From sequence record DRR723986_4781: a stretch of DNA of 61,349 nt. One strand, 5' to 3'. Below are positions 9,031 to 19,375 of this stretch, one piece after another (positions within the stretch are counted from its first letter, which is position 1; every line of letters begins with the position of its first letter). A model generated the notes under the pieces. That model did not search any database. It saw only the letters and a program-made list of their open reading frames with translations, and had not been told where the DNA came from. The position numbers and the translations under genes were made by a program.

Positions 9031-10717
9031 CCTTGATCGGCCGCTTCTTGCGTCCGTTCAGGATTGCACCAATGAATGTGTAGCGGACTACGTATTCATA
9101 GATCACCAGCAAAAACAGGCTCACGCCTAAACAGACAGCGGTGATCTTGATGACGGCGGGCAATTGCACCGGTGCTGTGAAAGCCTGAACGATAATAATG
9201 AGAGGCAAATGAAGCAAGTACAGCCAATACGAAGAGTCTGACAGATAACGAATCGTTTGATTCTCGCGACTGAACAGCACTCGAAACAGCCCAATGCATC
9301 CGAACGTCATCAACCAGGCGTAGGCAGCTTGCAGAATGACGCTAGCTGTACGATGCCACTCGGCGGACAACCAAGTGTCTCGGAGGCCCCATTGCCCAGT
9401 CGTAAACTCCAGACCAATTGGAAACACAACCAGCAAGCCAAGCGGAACTGTCAGCCACCACCGGCTCCCGAGGCGGCAGTCAGCGTCGCCGGCGTCGTAG
9501 TAGAGTGCTCCGACGCCAAAGAATATGGCGTAGTAGAGCATCACATGCGGTAGCGGAAGCAAACCGGACGATGTGTCGGGGCCAAAACCGTCTGCGATCA
9601 GCCCCATGAAGCTAGCCGGTATGCATAACAAAGGAATGAGCCATAAATAGCGCAGCGGTGAGACTACTGCCGCCGATAGCAAACGCCTGAGCGTGGATTG
9701 CTGCCCCGTAGATGAATCAATCAACCAGTTCGCGATGCCGGCATAAACACAAAAACCCGCAACCAACCAAACCAGGAACCAAAGAAACCACAGGTGATGG
9801 AAAAACGGAAAGTAGAACAGCCCGAAGACTATCCCCTTGATGAACGCCTCGTTGCGGGCTTGAGTATCTGCTTCTGCCGGAACGCCGCCTGATGATTCGT
9901 TCAGATACTCTCGAATCTCCGCCCTACCCTGCTCCACCGTCTCTCGGTCGATGGTTAGGCCAATCAACCCCGCTATAAAACTGGTTGTTCCCCAATCAGC
10001 ACTCAGCGCGTCGACCGGCGTGCCGCCCACGCTGTCGCGAATCGACAAATCGGCTTCTGCATCGATAAGCAGCTTCGCGACCTCTGCCTGCCCGAAAAGG
10101 AACGGGGCGTGCGCGGCAGATGCACCGTCGCGACTCAGCGCGTTGACGTTCGCCCCCTTAGCAAGCAACAACTCAACTGCTTTTGGCTGATTGGCGATTG
10201 CCGCCATCGCCAGCGGTGTTGCGCCGGTGGATGGATCTTGCGAGTTAATATTCTCCTCTTTGAGACTCTCCGCGAGTGTTTCCACATCACCTGATGCGGC
10301 GAGCTTCCAAATCGTTACCTCGCCGGTGCTGCCGGACTGAGTTGCTCGCCAATTTGCAAATTCACTTGCCAGCCGTACGGCTGGCACAACGGTAAACACA
10401 CCGATGATCAATGGCAGCAAGATCCGCTTGCTCCGGTGCCCGATCAGTTGCTTTAGCCCACGTCGCCGCCAGAGCATTGCCGTAAAGAAACCGCTCAGAA
10501 GAAAGAAGAGCGGCATTCGAAACCCATGAATTGCCGCCATCACAGTGCCCCAAATGGGGCTGACACTGGCGTCGGAAACGGGCCAAATTCCGGCCAGCGC
10601 AGGCACGTGTGCCAGCATCGCATGCAGGAGAATTCCCAGCAGCATGGCTGCCGCTCGCAGCGCGTCTAAATCGTGAAACCGGACTGCTCCAGTAGCATTC
10701 GGTGCTTGAGATTCCAT
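9023..10717 (-). CDS. Acyltransferase-3 family protein (OpgC/MdoC-like) with inserted ankyrin repeats
   Basis: RFHDLDALRA, HGFRMPLFFLLSGFF, HHLWFL, SYWLYLLH; internal GATPLAMAA..LLLAKGANVNA ankyrin repeats. Confidence 0.85.
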   Translation of the reverse strand: MESQAPNATGAVRFHDLDALRAAAMLLGILLHAMLAHVPALAGIWPVSDASVSPIWGTVMAAIHGFRMPLFFLLSGFFTAMLWRRRGLKQLIGHRSKRILLPLIIGVFTVVPAVRLASEFANWRATQSGSTGEVTIWKLAASGDVETLAESLKEENINSQDPSTGATPLAMAAIANQPKAVELLLAKGANVNALSRDGASAAHAPFLFGQAEVAKLLIDAEADLSIRDSVGGTPVDALSADWGTTSFIAGLIGLTIDRETVEQGRAEIREYLNESSGGVPAEADTQARNEAFIKGIVFGLFYFPFFHHLWFLWFLVWLVAGFCVYAGIANWLIDSSTGQQSTLRRLLSAAVVSPLRYLWLIPLLCIPASFMGLIADGFGPDTSSGLLPLPHVMLYYAIFFGVGALYYDAGDADCRLGSRWWLTVPLGLLVVFPIGLEFTTGQWGLRDTWLSAEWHRTASVILQAAYAWLMTFGCIGLFRVLFSRENQTIRYLSDSSYWLYLLHLPLIIIVQAFTAPVQLPAVIKITAVCLGVSLFLLVIYEYVVRYTFIGAILNGRKKRPIKVS

Positions 10718-10783
10718 CCGTACCCCGCCTTCTTCGCTGAATTACCAAAGGACAAGGCCCACACGCCCCGACGCAAATTCGGG

Positions 10784-12157
10784 TCACGATCGAAATTCAA
10801 CCGAAGACTGCCCCTGTTTTAACTGAAGGCACCAAACGACCGAGTCCTGGTCGCGCAAAAACGTCCCTTCTTTCAGGCTTGCCTTGTCCTGGACTTCGCG
10901 CAGCAGCTCTGCATCTCCATTGTTATGGTGCAGCACTTTATCAGACACGCCGCTGGCCTGACAGCGGAACGTAAAATGCCGACTTGGATAAGGCGCGTTC
11001 AAATCAATCCCGCCGTCGCGGAGACTGATGTTCGTATACTCCTTAGCCGCCCAGTACTCAGCGATCTCACTGACTTTCATCCACAGCGTTTGGTCACCAT
11101 AGTGCTCCTTCAAGGTAAGGACGACACGTTGAAACGCCTTGAAGCCTTCTAAACTTCCATTGCAGTACATACCAGGCCAGTGACAGAGCATCACAGCCGG
11201 TTCAGATGCACGAATCAGTTCAACCATCCGGCCACTCTGCCCATCCTCGGTAACATAGCGGTCCGCTTGAACGGCAGTGGCTCCTTCCCATCCTCCAAAC
11301 CAGTCACCGGTTCCGGCGGGCACATTGACACAACACTCAACTACACCACCACTATTCTGAACAGCCTCCATTGTCGGAGCCGTCGAAATGCCAGGATCAT
11401 CGATAACGTACTTGAAGTAGTGAGGCAGTCGCGATCCAAAAACGTCACGCACTGCTTGGAAAGTTGCAACGGGAAGCTTGTCCTTCACCTTGGTCCCAAA
11501 TCCGCCAGGCGTGGTAATGCCGTCGCAGGGCAATCCGCAGTTCTTCAGGATTCGCAGCGAATAGGCCAAGTAACTGGCCAGATAGTCCACGCTGACATCT
11601 TCCTGTGGATAAGTGTTCTCCATGTGCTTTGGAGTGTAATCTGCAAACGGTCTGCCCGTTTTCAAGTCGATAACACGAGTGTGCGTGATCATCTCTGGAT
11701 GAATATCCCAAGATGGCAACAGCAAGTCGCGAACGAGCTTCAAGGAATCGTTTAGCTCCCTCTGACTCCAACCCGGGAGTGTTCGGTCCAACCAACCGAC
11801 GCACGCTGGAAAGGGCACGATGCTGTATTTTCCGCGCACGCCCTGTTCAGCACACCACTCGCCAAATTGTCGCACAAACGCGTCCGGTATCTCGTCGGGC
11901 CATTGCTTCCACGGAAACTGGTAGTCCTTTCGGTTCGGATAAGTGGCCGCAAACTGAGGCATACAGAACTTGCCCATATTCACCAAGCAGGTGGAGTCGT
12001 CGATAATGAACGACAATGGCACACGCAGCCGCGGCAATTCGATGGAAACCTTGCTAGGCAAGCCCTTGTCCTGCCCTGCGAAAGCTGCCGCGCCGCGCCC
12101 CACCACACCGCTTGCCAACGCAGCACTACTGGCTGCGAGAAAAGGTCTACGTTTCAT
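10784..12157 (-). CDS. Tat-exported protein of unknown function, possibly polysaccharide deacetylase-like fold
   Basis: MKRRPFL twin-arginine signal; IIDD, HPEMITHT and HWPG motifs. Confidence 0.6.
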   Translation of the reverse strand: MKRRPFLAASSAALASGVVGRGAAAFAGQDKGLPSKVSIELPRLRVPLSFIIDDSTCLVNMGKFCMPQFAATYPNRKDYQFPWKQWPDEIPDAFVRQFGEWCAEQGVRGKYSIVPFPACVGWLDRTLPGWSQRELNDSLKLVRDLLLPSWDIHPEMITHTRVIDLKTGRPFADYTPKHMENTYPQEDVSVDYLASYLAYSLRILKNCGLPCDGITTPGGFGTKVKDKLPVATFQAVRDVFGSRLPHYFKYVIDDPGISTAPTMEAVQNSGGVVECCVNVPAGTGDWFGGWEGATAVQADRYVTEDGQSGRMVELIRASEPAVMLCHWPGMYCNGSLEGFKAFQRVVLTLKEHYGDQTLWMKVSEIAEYWAAKEYTNISLRDGGIDLNAPYPSRHFTFRCQASGVSDKVLHHNNGDAELLREVQDKASLKEGTFLRDQDSVVWCLQLKQGQSSVEFRS

Positions 12158-12278
12158 TACTTCACCCATTGTTTCCGCGGTCACATCGTTTCCAAGCTCG
12201 CCATGATTCGAAGCTGAATATGCATGAGCGTGGCAAGTTTCATTTCTCACATCATCATTCCACTTAATTCTAACAACC

Positions 12279-13058
12279 ATGGCTGGCGTCTTCTCACTCT
12301 TGGTGGCACTCTCGATTTCCTTGATCGTAAATCGCATCGCGACAATGGCCCTGATGTTCACGGGCCTCAGTCGAGAAGCGGCCAAGTTTCAAGCGAGATC
12401 CGCCTTTTCCGGTTGCGGCTACACGACCACTGAAGCCGAGAGTATCGTCAATCATCCGGTCAGACGTCGCATCGTCATGGTGTTGATGCTGCTCGGAAAC
12501 ATCGGGATTGCGACGGTCGTTGCCACGGTCATCCTTTCCATTAGCAGTGCCGAAAGCGCCACTTTCCGCGACCGACTGACAACACTTTCCATTCTGACCG
12601 GCGGCATCATCGCGTTGTGGTTCTTCTTTTCCAGTCGCGCCGTTGAACGCCAGATGAACAAGGTCATCGCTTGGGCCCTGAAGAAGTTCACCGACTTGGA
12701 CGCTCGCGATTACTCTTCGTTGCTTCAACTAGCCGATGGGTATGCGGTCACTGAAATGATCATCGAATCGAAACACTGGTTAGTCGACAAGACGCTTGCC
12801 GAAATGCGACTGAGCGACGAAGGCGTTCTGGTGCTTGGAATTCACCGCGGCAAAGCGGACTACAAGGGTATCCCCAAAGCGGGAGACAAACTGCACGATG
12901 GCGATACTCTTATTCTGTACGGAAAACTCCAGCGTCTGCATGAACTCGATCGTCGCCGCAAAGGAGAAGCCGGAGATCGGCAACACAAGCAGTGCGTGGA
13001 ACAGGCGACTGAAGAACAAGCAAAGGAATGCGATCCGGTTGATCAAGAAACGGAATAA
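12279..13058 (+). CDS. TrkA-C (RCK_C) domain membrane protein
   Basis: TGLSREAAKFQARSAFSGCGYTTTEAE, HPVRRRI; C-terminal GVLVLGIHR...GDTLILYG. Confidence 0.85.
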   Translation: MAGVFSLLVALSISLIVNRIATMALMFTGLSREAAKFQARSAFSGCGYTTTEAESIVNHPVRRRIVMVLMLLGNIGIATVVATVILSISSAESATFRDRLTTLSILTGGIIALWFFFSSRAVERQMNKVIAWALKKFTDLDARDYSSLLQLADGYAVTEMIIESKHWLVDKTLAEMRLSDEGVLVLGIHRGKADYKGIPKAGDKLHDGDTLILYGKLQRLHELDRRRKGEAGDRQHKQCVEQATEEQAKECDPVDQETE

Positions 13059-13128
13059 ACAATGAACTGCACTAATCGAAACTGCAATTCCCGCCCTGCG
13101 CACTCCAGCGCCATTGCCACTACTGTCC

Positions 13129-13160
13129 ACTGGCAACTGGCAACTGGCAACTGGCAACTG
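13129..13160. repeat. Heptamer tandem repeat (ACTGGCA) x about 4.5
   Basis: AC-TGGCAAC-TGGCAAC-TGGCAAC-TGGCAAC-TG in intergenic DNA. Confidence 0.9.
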
Positions 13161-13482
13161 AGCTTCCCAAATCGATGAAGCAACTTGCAAATCGTGGCTT
13201 CCCGCAACGAGCCCCCAATCGGGGTACTAAGGATTGAAAGCGAAAAGGGCCGCGTTGACCATTTGCATAAATGCGACAACGTTCTTAACCTTTAGGCCAC
13301 TGCCCTGCCAGAGCCCCGCCCGCGGTTGAGCCAATCGCAATATGCCGATAAGCCTCTTGGACAGAACGCCGCACCCTACATCGCCAATACGCCATTCGGG
13401 AATAAGACCTGAAAACCGGCGTAAGCAAACCCGCTTGCTTGGCGTCAGAGACTACAACTTACACGACAGGGGAGTAACACAC

Positions 13483-14460
13483 ATGTCTGCGCTCGAGGGA
13501 AACTATCACGACACCGTAAAGGACGTATACCGCGAGGCAGCCAACGCTCCCGCGGAAAATCTGTGCTGCGTTGCACAGAGCCCACGATATCTGCCCGGGC
13601 TATCGATTCCGGACATCATGCACGAAATGAACTACGGCTGCGGCACAACGGTTCACTTGCAGGATATGCAGCCTGATCAAAAGATGCTGTACGTGGGCGT
13701 TGGCGGAGGCTTAGAACTCCTCCAACTTGCTTATTTCGCCAGGCGACCGGGTGCTGTTATCGGAGTTGACCCCGTAGCAGAGATGCGGGACAAGGCCGAA
13801 GAGAATCTCAAGTTGGCTGCCGAATCAAACGATTGGTTCGACCCTTCATTTGTCGAGATCCGCGACGGCGACGCGTTGCGTCTTCCAATTGATGATGATT
13901 CGGTCAATTTTGCAGCGCAGAACTGCTTGTTCAATATCTTCCAGAACGACGACCTTTCGTTGGCGTTACGTGAGATGAATCGGGTTCTTGCGCGAAGTGG
14001 ACGACTGGTCATGTCGGACCCCATCACGCCCAGACCAATTCCTCAACACTTGGTGGACGATGACCGCCTGCGAGCACTTTGTCTATCTGGCTGCCAAAGC
14101 CTAGAAGATTACCTGGCCGCGATAACCGACGCAGGGTTTGGATCGGTCGAAGTTCGCTCTCGGAAGCCGTATCGAATGCTCGATTCCGCTGACCACAATC
14201 TTGAAAGCGACCTGTTGCTCGAGACGATTGAGGTTGCGGCGTTCAAAGTTCCAATGCCCGAAGACGGTCCCTGCATCTTCACCGGACGAACGGCAGTTTA
14301 CCGAGGTGACGGCGAAGAATTCGATGACGGTAAAGGGCACGTGCTACAGAAGAATCTTCCACTCGGAGTCTGCGACAAGACGGCAGCCGCTTTGGAAGGG
14401 ACGCCAGATGTAGTCATTACGCCATCGAACTGGCACTACGGCGGAGATGGATGCTGCTAA
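13483..14460 (+). CDS. arsM: Arsenite methyltransferase, arsenosugar-biosynthesis-associated type
   Basis: LCC, MNYGCGTTVH, YVGVGGG SAM motif, QNCLFNI, CLSGC, DGPCIFTG, C-terminal GGDGCC. Confidence 0.85.
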   Translation: MSALEGNYHDTVKDVYREAANAPAENLCCVAQSPRYLPGLSIPDIMHEMNYGCGTTVHLQDMQPDQKMLYVGVGGGLELLQLAYFARRPGAVIGVDPVAEMRDKAEENLKLAAESNDWFDPSFVEIRDGDALRLPIDDDSVNFAAQNCLFNIFQNDDLSLALREMNRVLARSGRLVMSDPITPRPIPQHLVDDDRLRALCLSGCQSLEDYLAAITDAGFGSVEVRSRKPYRMLDSADHNLESDLLLETIEVAAFKVPMPEDGPCIFTGRTAVYRGDGEEFDDGKGHVLQKNLPLGVCDKTAAALEGTPDVVITPSNWHYGGDGCC

Positions 14461-14481
14461 TCGCAACACCAGAGGACTCAC

Positions 14482-15504
14482 ATGAAAGACGACTTCGGAT
14501 TGCCGGTCATTGATGGACGAGAATTCCATTCCAGGATTCCCGGTGGCAAACTACTAGCCAGTTCTGCCATCAGAACGCTTCAAGTCAATCTTGGCCTGTA
14601 CTGCAATCTAGCTTGCAAGCACTGCCACGTTGCGTCGAGTCCTAAGCGAACTGGCCACGATGAAAACATGTCGGCTGAAACTGCGGACAAACTAGTGCGA
14701 TGGTTGGATCGCAACGGCAAACACGCCCGAGAAGACGGCATCACAACCCTCGACTTAACCGGCGGCAGCCCCGAGGCAAATGAATGTTTTCAAGACATCG
14801 TGGGTCGCGCTAGCAATCTGGGTATTCAAGTCATCGATCGTTGCAACCCGACGATTATCACCTACGAGAAACCTGACGGTACAAGCTTCGATTGGATACC
14901 AGAATTTCTAGCTCAACATAAAGTGCAAGTCGTCGCCTCGCTACCATGTTACCTTGAGGACAACGTTCGAAGTCAGCGAGGCATGGGTGCCTACGATGCA
15001 TCCATTGCGGGACTCCTGGAGTTAAACAAAGTTGGATATGGCTCCGACCCTGACCTCAGGCTGAACTTTGTGTACAACCCAACAGGTCCGCACCTACCTC
15101 CGCCAGCCGACCGCCTTGCCGAAGATTACCACCGTGAACTCGAGCAGCGGTTTGGCCTAGTGTTCAACGAGTTGTGGACGATTGCCAATATGCCAATTGC
15201 TCGGTGGCGAGATGACCTCGACCGCAAGGAAAAACTTGACGACTACATGACGCTTCTTGCCACCGCATACAATCCGGAAACGGTCGAGAACCTCATGTGT
15301 CGGCATCAAATCCACGTCGATTCACAAGGCAACGTGCACGACTGCGATTTCAACTATGCCCTTGGCCTAGCCGCGGACACAGGTGCCAAGAAACTCTGGG
15401 ATAACGACCTAGCTGCCTTCTCAAACCGAAACATCGCGACTGCCGAACATTGCCTCGGCTGCACGGCGGGTGTCGGCAGCAGTTGCGGCGGCGCGCTGGT
15501 TTAG
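14482..15504 (+). CDS. arsS: Radical SAM protein, ArsS (arsenosugar biosynthesis) family
   Basis: LQVNLGLYCNLACKHCHV (CxxxCxxC), SLPCY, MCR, DCDFN, C-terminal HCLGCTAGVGSSCGGAL; directly after arsM. Confidence 0.88.
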   Translation: MKDDFGLPVIDGREFHSRIPGGKLLASSAIRTLQVNLGLYCNLACKHCHVASSPKRTGHDENMSAETADKLVRWLDRNGKHAREDGITTLDLTGGSPEANECFQDIVGRASNLGIQVIDRCNPTIITYEKPDGTSFDWIPEFLAQHKVQVVASLPCYLEDNVRSQRGMGAYDASIAGLLELNKVGYGSDPDLRLNFVYNPTGPHLPPPADRLAEDYHRELEQRFGLVFNELWTIANMPIARWRDDLDRKEKLDDYMTLLATAYNPETVENLMCRHQIHVDSQGNVHDCDFNYALGLAADTGAKKLWDNDLAAFSNRNIATAEHCLGCTAGVGSSCGGALV

Positions 15505-15542
15505 ATCAAAGTTGAGCTGCTGCGAGAATGCCGGCTCGCGGC

Positions 15543-16883
15543 CTACTGTGGGTCCTGCTCCAGGCAGTACAGATGCTTGGCACCGCGCAAGAAAAGCTGT
15601 GAACCGGCTAAGGCTGGCGATGCATCGAAGCGTTCGTCTAACTTGTTCACGGCTAGGACTTTGAACTCGGCCGAGCGCTGGAGGACAAGCGTAGTGCCGC
15701 CTCGTCCAGTAATGTAAACGCGGTCCGCCGCACCTACTGGTGAAGCATAAATATTGGACAGTTGCCCAATTCGCTTAGGACCGAACACGACCTCACCAGT
15801 AGCCGAATCGGTGCAAGTTAGGATCGATTGGTTCGACTTGTTGTAGTAGAGCAACCCGTCGTACAGCAGTGGTGACGGGATGTAGGGCGTACCCACGTTG
15901 TGTGTCCAACGAATTTTGTCGCTGCCGGTAATGTCGCCCTTCTCGGTCAACGGAATCGCCATCACCGAATAACCCTGATAGCCACTCATGCAAATGACAT
16001 AGTCGCCATCAACAACTGGACACGGCGTGACATTGCCCGTTAGACCTCTACACTGCCAAATCACGTCCCCGCTATCAAGATCATAACTTCGCACAGCACC
16101 AGAAGCAGCAGTGACGACCTGGGTCAAACCGCTGTGCTGAATGACGCGAGGAGTTGCCCAAGCGTTGACTTCGTCACGTGCCTTTTTCCAAATCGTGTTT
16201 CCCGTCTTGCTGCCGAGCACCTCGATGGAACTCTGGCCAGCATGATCACGCACGACGATCAACTTCCCTTCGTGCAGCACCGGTGAACAGCCCTCGCCGA
16301 GACTTGAACCAACCTTCGCCTCACCAAGATCCCGCTCCCAGATCTTATTGCCGTCAAGGTCGTAGCAGTACAGCCCAGCAGACCCAAACCAACAGTACAA
16401 ATACTTGCCATCGGTTGTGGGCGATGCCGATGCAAAGTCATTGTCGTTGTGCGCTCCTTCGTGCGGAATCTTGGTTACTGCGGTTCGTCGCCAAAGTTCC
16501 TGACCAGTCTCGCGGTCGAGGCACAACACGACGAACTGATGCTCCGTATTGGGCCGCTTAATGTTGAAGAAGTTCGACTTGGGTTGATCTTCTGGATTGG
16601 GTATCGACGTATCTTTCACGCCAGTATCGATCGATGTCAGCACGAAGACTTTGCGGTTCCAAACGATGGGCGTCGAAGTGCCTTTGCCGTCAATGGCCAC
16701 TTTCCACTTTAAGTTTGAATCCTCGCTCCAACGAACTGGCGGGTTGGCCGTACGCGAAACACCCGTCGCATCGGGGCCTCGCCACTGATGCCAATTGTCG
16801 GCTGGCTTATCTGCATGCAAGTGTAAAGGGCAAGCAAGAGCGGGCAGGAGGGAAAAGACCAATACCAGTTGTGAACGTGCCAT
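15543..16883 (-). CDS. Secreted PQQ-like (BamB-type) beta-propeller protein
   Basis: Signal peptide; WHQWRGP, STPIVW, repeated G...W blades. Confidence 0.9.
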   Translation of the reverse strand: MARSQLVLVFSLLPALACPLHLHADKPADNWHQWRGPDATGVSRTANPPVRWSEDSNLKWKVAIDGKGTSTPIVWNRKVFVLTSIDTGVKDTSIPNPEDQPKSNFFNIKRPNTEHQFVVLCLDRETGQELWRRTAVTKIPHEGAHNDNDFASASPTTDGKYLYCWFGSAGLYCYDLDGNKIWERDLGEAKVGSSLGEGCSPVLHEGKLIVVRDHAGQSSIEVLGSKTGNTIWKKARDEVNAWATPRVIQHSGLTQVVTAASGAVRSYDLDSGDVIWQCRGLTGNVTPCPVVDGDYVICMSGYQGYSVMAIPLTEKGDITGSDKIRWTHNVGTPYIPSPLLYDGLLYYNKSNQSILTCTDSATGEVVFGPKRIGQLSNIYASPVGAADRVYITGRGGTTLVLQRSAEFKVLAVNKLDERFDASPALAGSQLFLRGAKHLYCLEQDPQ

Positions 16884-17345
16884 CGTTTTGAATTCCGAAT
16901 AAACCCAAAGTGTGCGGAGGAATGGTCCGCGCTGCGCGAGAGCCTCTCATGATCGCTCGACGCGACGAAGCGCAACCTGCGGAGGCAGCGCTGCTCCATC
17001 TCGAGAACTCATCGACATTTTCGCCAGCATCTACAGTGAACTGCAAAGTAAGTCTACAAACAAGATGCAGTGCGAGACTTCTCGTAGGCGGCATGGGCCT
17101 CGGTAAGGCCCGCGCTATGAGCTCTAGCGGACTCAACTAAGTCACCCTTTTAACGGGTCGTCGCTCTTCAGTTCGCAGAAGCGATGGCTGCCACTTAAGA
17201 TTTTTTGACGATCGGCGAGAAACTCTGTCCACGATGTCGACGTGCATTCGGTCTAGTTATGCTGCTGGGTAGGATCCGCTTCCGGACCACCTTCGCCTTG
17301 GAAGAGAATGCTTCGCCCGAACACATCAGAGACTTAGATTTACGC

Positions 17346-17918
17346 ATGTCAGATTCTGACCAGCGGCGAGACCGCGTACTGAGAGCCGCTTTCGAGTGCC
17401 GAGAAGAACTGGTGAGTTACGCCTGGGCTCTGCTTGGAAACTACGCTGCCGCGGAAGACGCCGTACAGGAGGCAATGCTCGTTGTAGTCGCAAAACACGA
17501 ACAGTTCGAAGAGGGCACCTCGGTGTTGGCTTGGTGTCGAAAGATTGTTCGCATCGAGGTGTTAAGGTCCAAACAACGTGAGGGCCGCGAACGCAACTTA
17601 GCTCAAAAAGTCCTTGATGACGCGATCGATGCCGCCTTCGAAGAATTTCAAAACGCCCGTTCATTGCATGAACGGGAGATCCGACGCGACGCATTGGCCG
17701 ATTGTGTTCAGAGAGTCACTCAGCGAAGCAAACAGGTACTAGAGGCACGATTTATTGAAGGACTCGGCTACGAACAAATTGGGCAACGCCTTTCGATGTC
17801 CATCGAAGCGGTCCGCAAGGCACTGTTTCGCGTGAAGAAGCAGGTCCGCACCTGTGTCGAAGGCCGCCTGAGAACCGCCGAGCTACCGAGCGGGCCCGGG
17901 CAGTTAGAGGACGCATAG
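17346..17918 (+). CDS. ECF sigma-70 factor
   Basis: AAEDAVQE region 2, W.RKI, region 4 HTH (YEQIG..LSMSIEAVRKALFR). Confidence 0.9.
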   Translation: MSDSDQRRDRVLRAAFECREELVSYAWALLGNYAAAEDAVQEAMLVVVAKHEQFEEGTSVLAWCRKIVRIEVLRSKQREGRERNLAQKVLDDAIDAAFEEFQNARSLHEREIRRDALADCVQRVTQRSKQVLEARFIEGLGYEQIGQRLSMSIEAVRKALFRVKKQVRTCVEGRLRTAELPSGPGQLEDA

Positions 17919-17992
17919 CACACTGCTGCACCCTTACTAGGCAGCGCAAAACTGCATCCAGATTCAGTGGTCACTTTGACGAGACACGAACC

Positions 17993-19375
17993 ATGACCGA
18001 ATGGGAAGACCTAATTGATCGCCACCTCGCGGGTGAGTTAAGCGAACCGGAAATGGAGCGGTTGGCAGAGCTGTTAGATAGCAATCCAGAGGTTCGACAG
18101 CAACTCATCAGCGACGCATCCTGGAATACGGAACTCTCGGAAGTGCTTCGCACGACTGGTCACACCGAACGAAAAATGGACCAAACCACGTTCGAACGAC
18201 ACGAACATCGACGCAGTCAATCGATTCGAACCCTCCGCGTTCTGCTGTCCATCGCGGCGGCTGCGATCCTGTTGCTATCAGTAATGCTGCTGCGTTCACG
18301 CACCGACTCTGGATCGCAACGAGCAAATTCAGCAAACATTCGACCAGCACCGATCGCAAAAATCACGGGTTTGAGCGGCGCGCTGATCTGGACGGGCGAT
18401 CGCGGACAAATCTTGAATGAGATTACAACCGGAACGCAGCTTGCGGGTGGCACCATCGAGGGGCTTTCCCCAGATTCGTGGTTTGAATTGGAATTCAACG
18501 ACGGCAGCCAAGTCACCATTTCAGGCGCGTCGCTCCTGACTTTTAGTGATGACGGGCAGAAGCGATTGCGACTCCGGGAAGGCCGAATGTCAGCCGACGT
18601 GAATCCGCAACCGGCAGACAAACCCATGCTGATTCAAACTCGAACCGCGAAACTTACCGTGCTAGGCACCAGTTTTGACGTCGAAGCAGCGCTTCCTGCC
18701 ACGTCGGTCAAGGTTCGCGAAGGGACCGTTCGAGTTTCTCGCGTCAGCGATGGCAAGAAAGTGGATGTGCCAGCGAATCACCGGATAGTTGCCGCCGCAG
18801 ACCAAGAATTTGAGCGGACGCAGGTCGCAGCGGTCGTACGTTCGTGGCGAAGCCGAATTGACCAGGGGCCCGACGAAACATTTGGAAAATGGACCGCAGC
18901 AACTGAATCAGAACCTGCGTACTTAAAGGCTGTCGCATTCGTCCCAGAGGAAGCTCCAAACGTGACGCTGTACTTATTGGGCTTGGGCGTCAGAAGTGAC
19001 GAAGGAGCTCCGATTCAAGTAAACGATAGAACTGTGTTTACGATTCGTGGCCAGATTGACTTCGAAACGGACATTTTTCTTGGCATTCAAGTCGCTGACG
19101 CCGAAGGCAACTACGCAGGCAAATTTCGCTGCAATTGCAATGTACAAACTGATGCAACGGGAGATTTCGTCGTGCAGGCTCCTCTGTCGGACTTCGAACT
19201 TGACCCATCCGTTGCAGCCTTCAGCGAAAAACTGGCGTCATCGCCTGACGGCCTGTTTATCACCGCCACCTGGAGCTTCACATATTCCGCCCAGCCATCG
19301 GGATTACAGTTCGAAAGTATCGAGCTTGCTAGTGACGACCGCTTTGATGTCGACGTTCCCCCAGCAGCCAACTAG
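17993..19375 (+). CDS. FecR-domain anti-sigma factor
   Basis: N-terminal LIDRHLAGELS, one TM helix, FecR domain (FNDGSQV, LREG, VLGTSF, VREGTV). Confidence 0.85.
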   Translation: MTEWEDLIDRHLAGELSEPEMERLAELLDSNPEVRQQLISDASWNTELSEVLRTTGHTERKMDQTTFERHEHRRSQSIRTLRVLLSIAAAAILLLSVMLLRSRTDSGSQRANSANIRPAPIAKITGLSGALIWTGDRGQILNEITTGTQLAGGTIEGLSPDSWFELEFNDGSQVTISGASLLTFSDDGQKRLRLREGRMSADVNPQPADKPMLIQTRTAKLTVLGTSFDVEAALPATSVKVREGTVRVSRVSDGKKVDVPANHRIVAAADQEFERTQVAAVVRSWRSRIDQGPDETFGKWTAATESEPAYLKAVAFVPEEAPNVTLYLLGLGVRSDEGAPIQVNDRTVFTIRGQIDFETDIFLGIQVADAEGNYAGKFRCNCNVQTDATGDFVVQAPLSDFELDPSVAAFSEKLASSPDGLFITATWSFTYSAQPSGLQFESIELASDDRFDVDVPPAAN

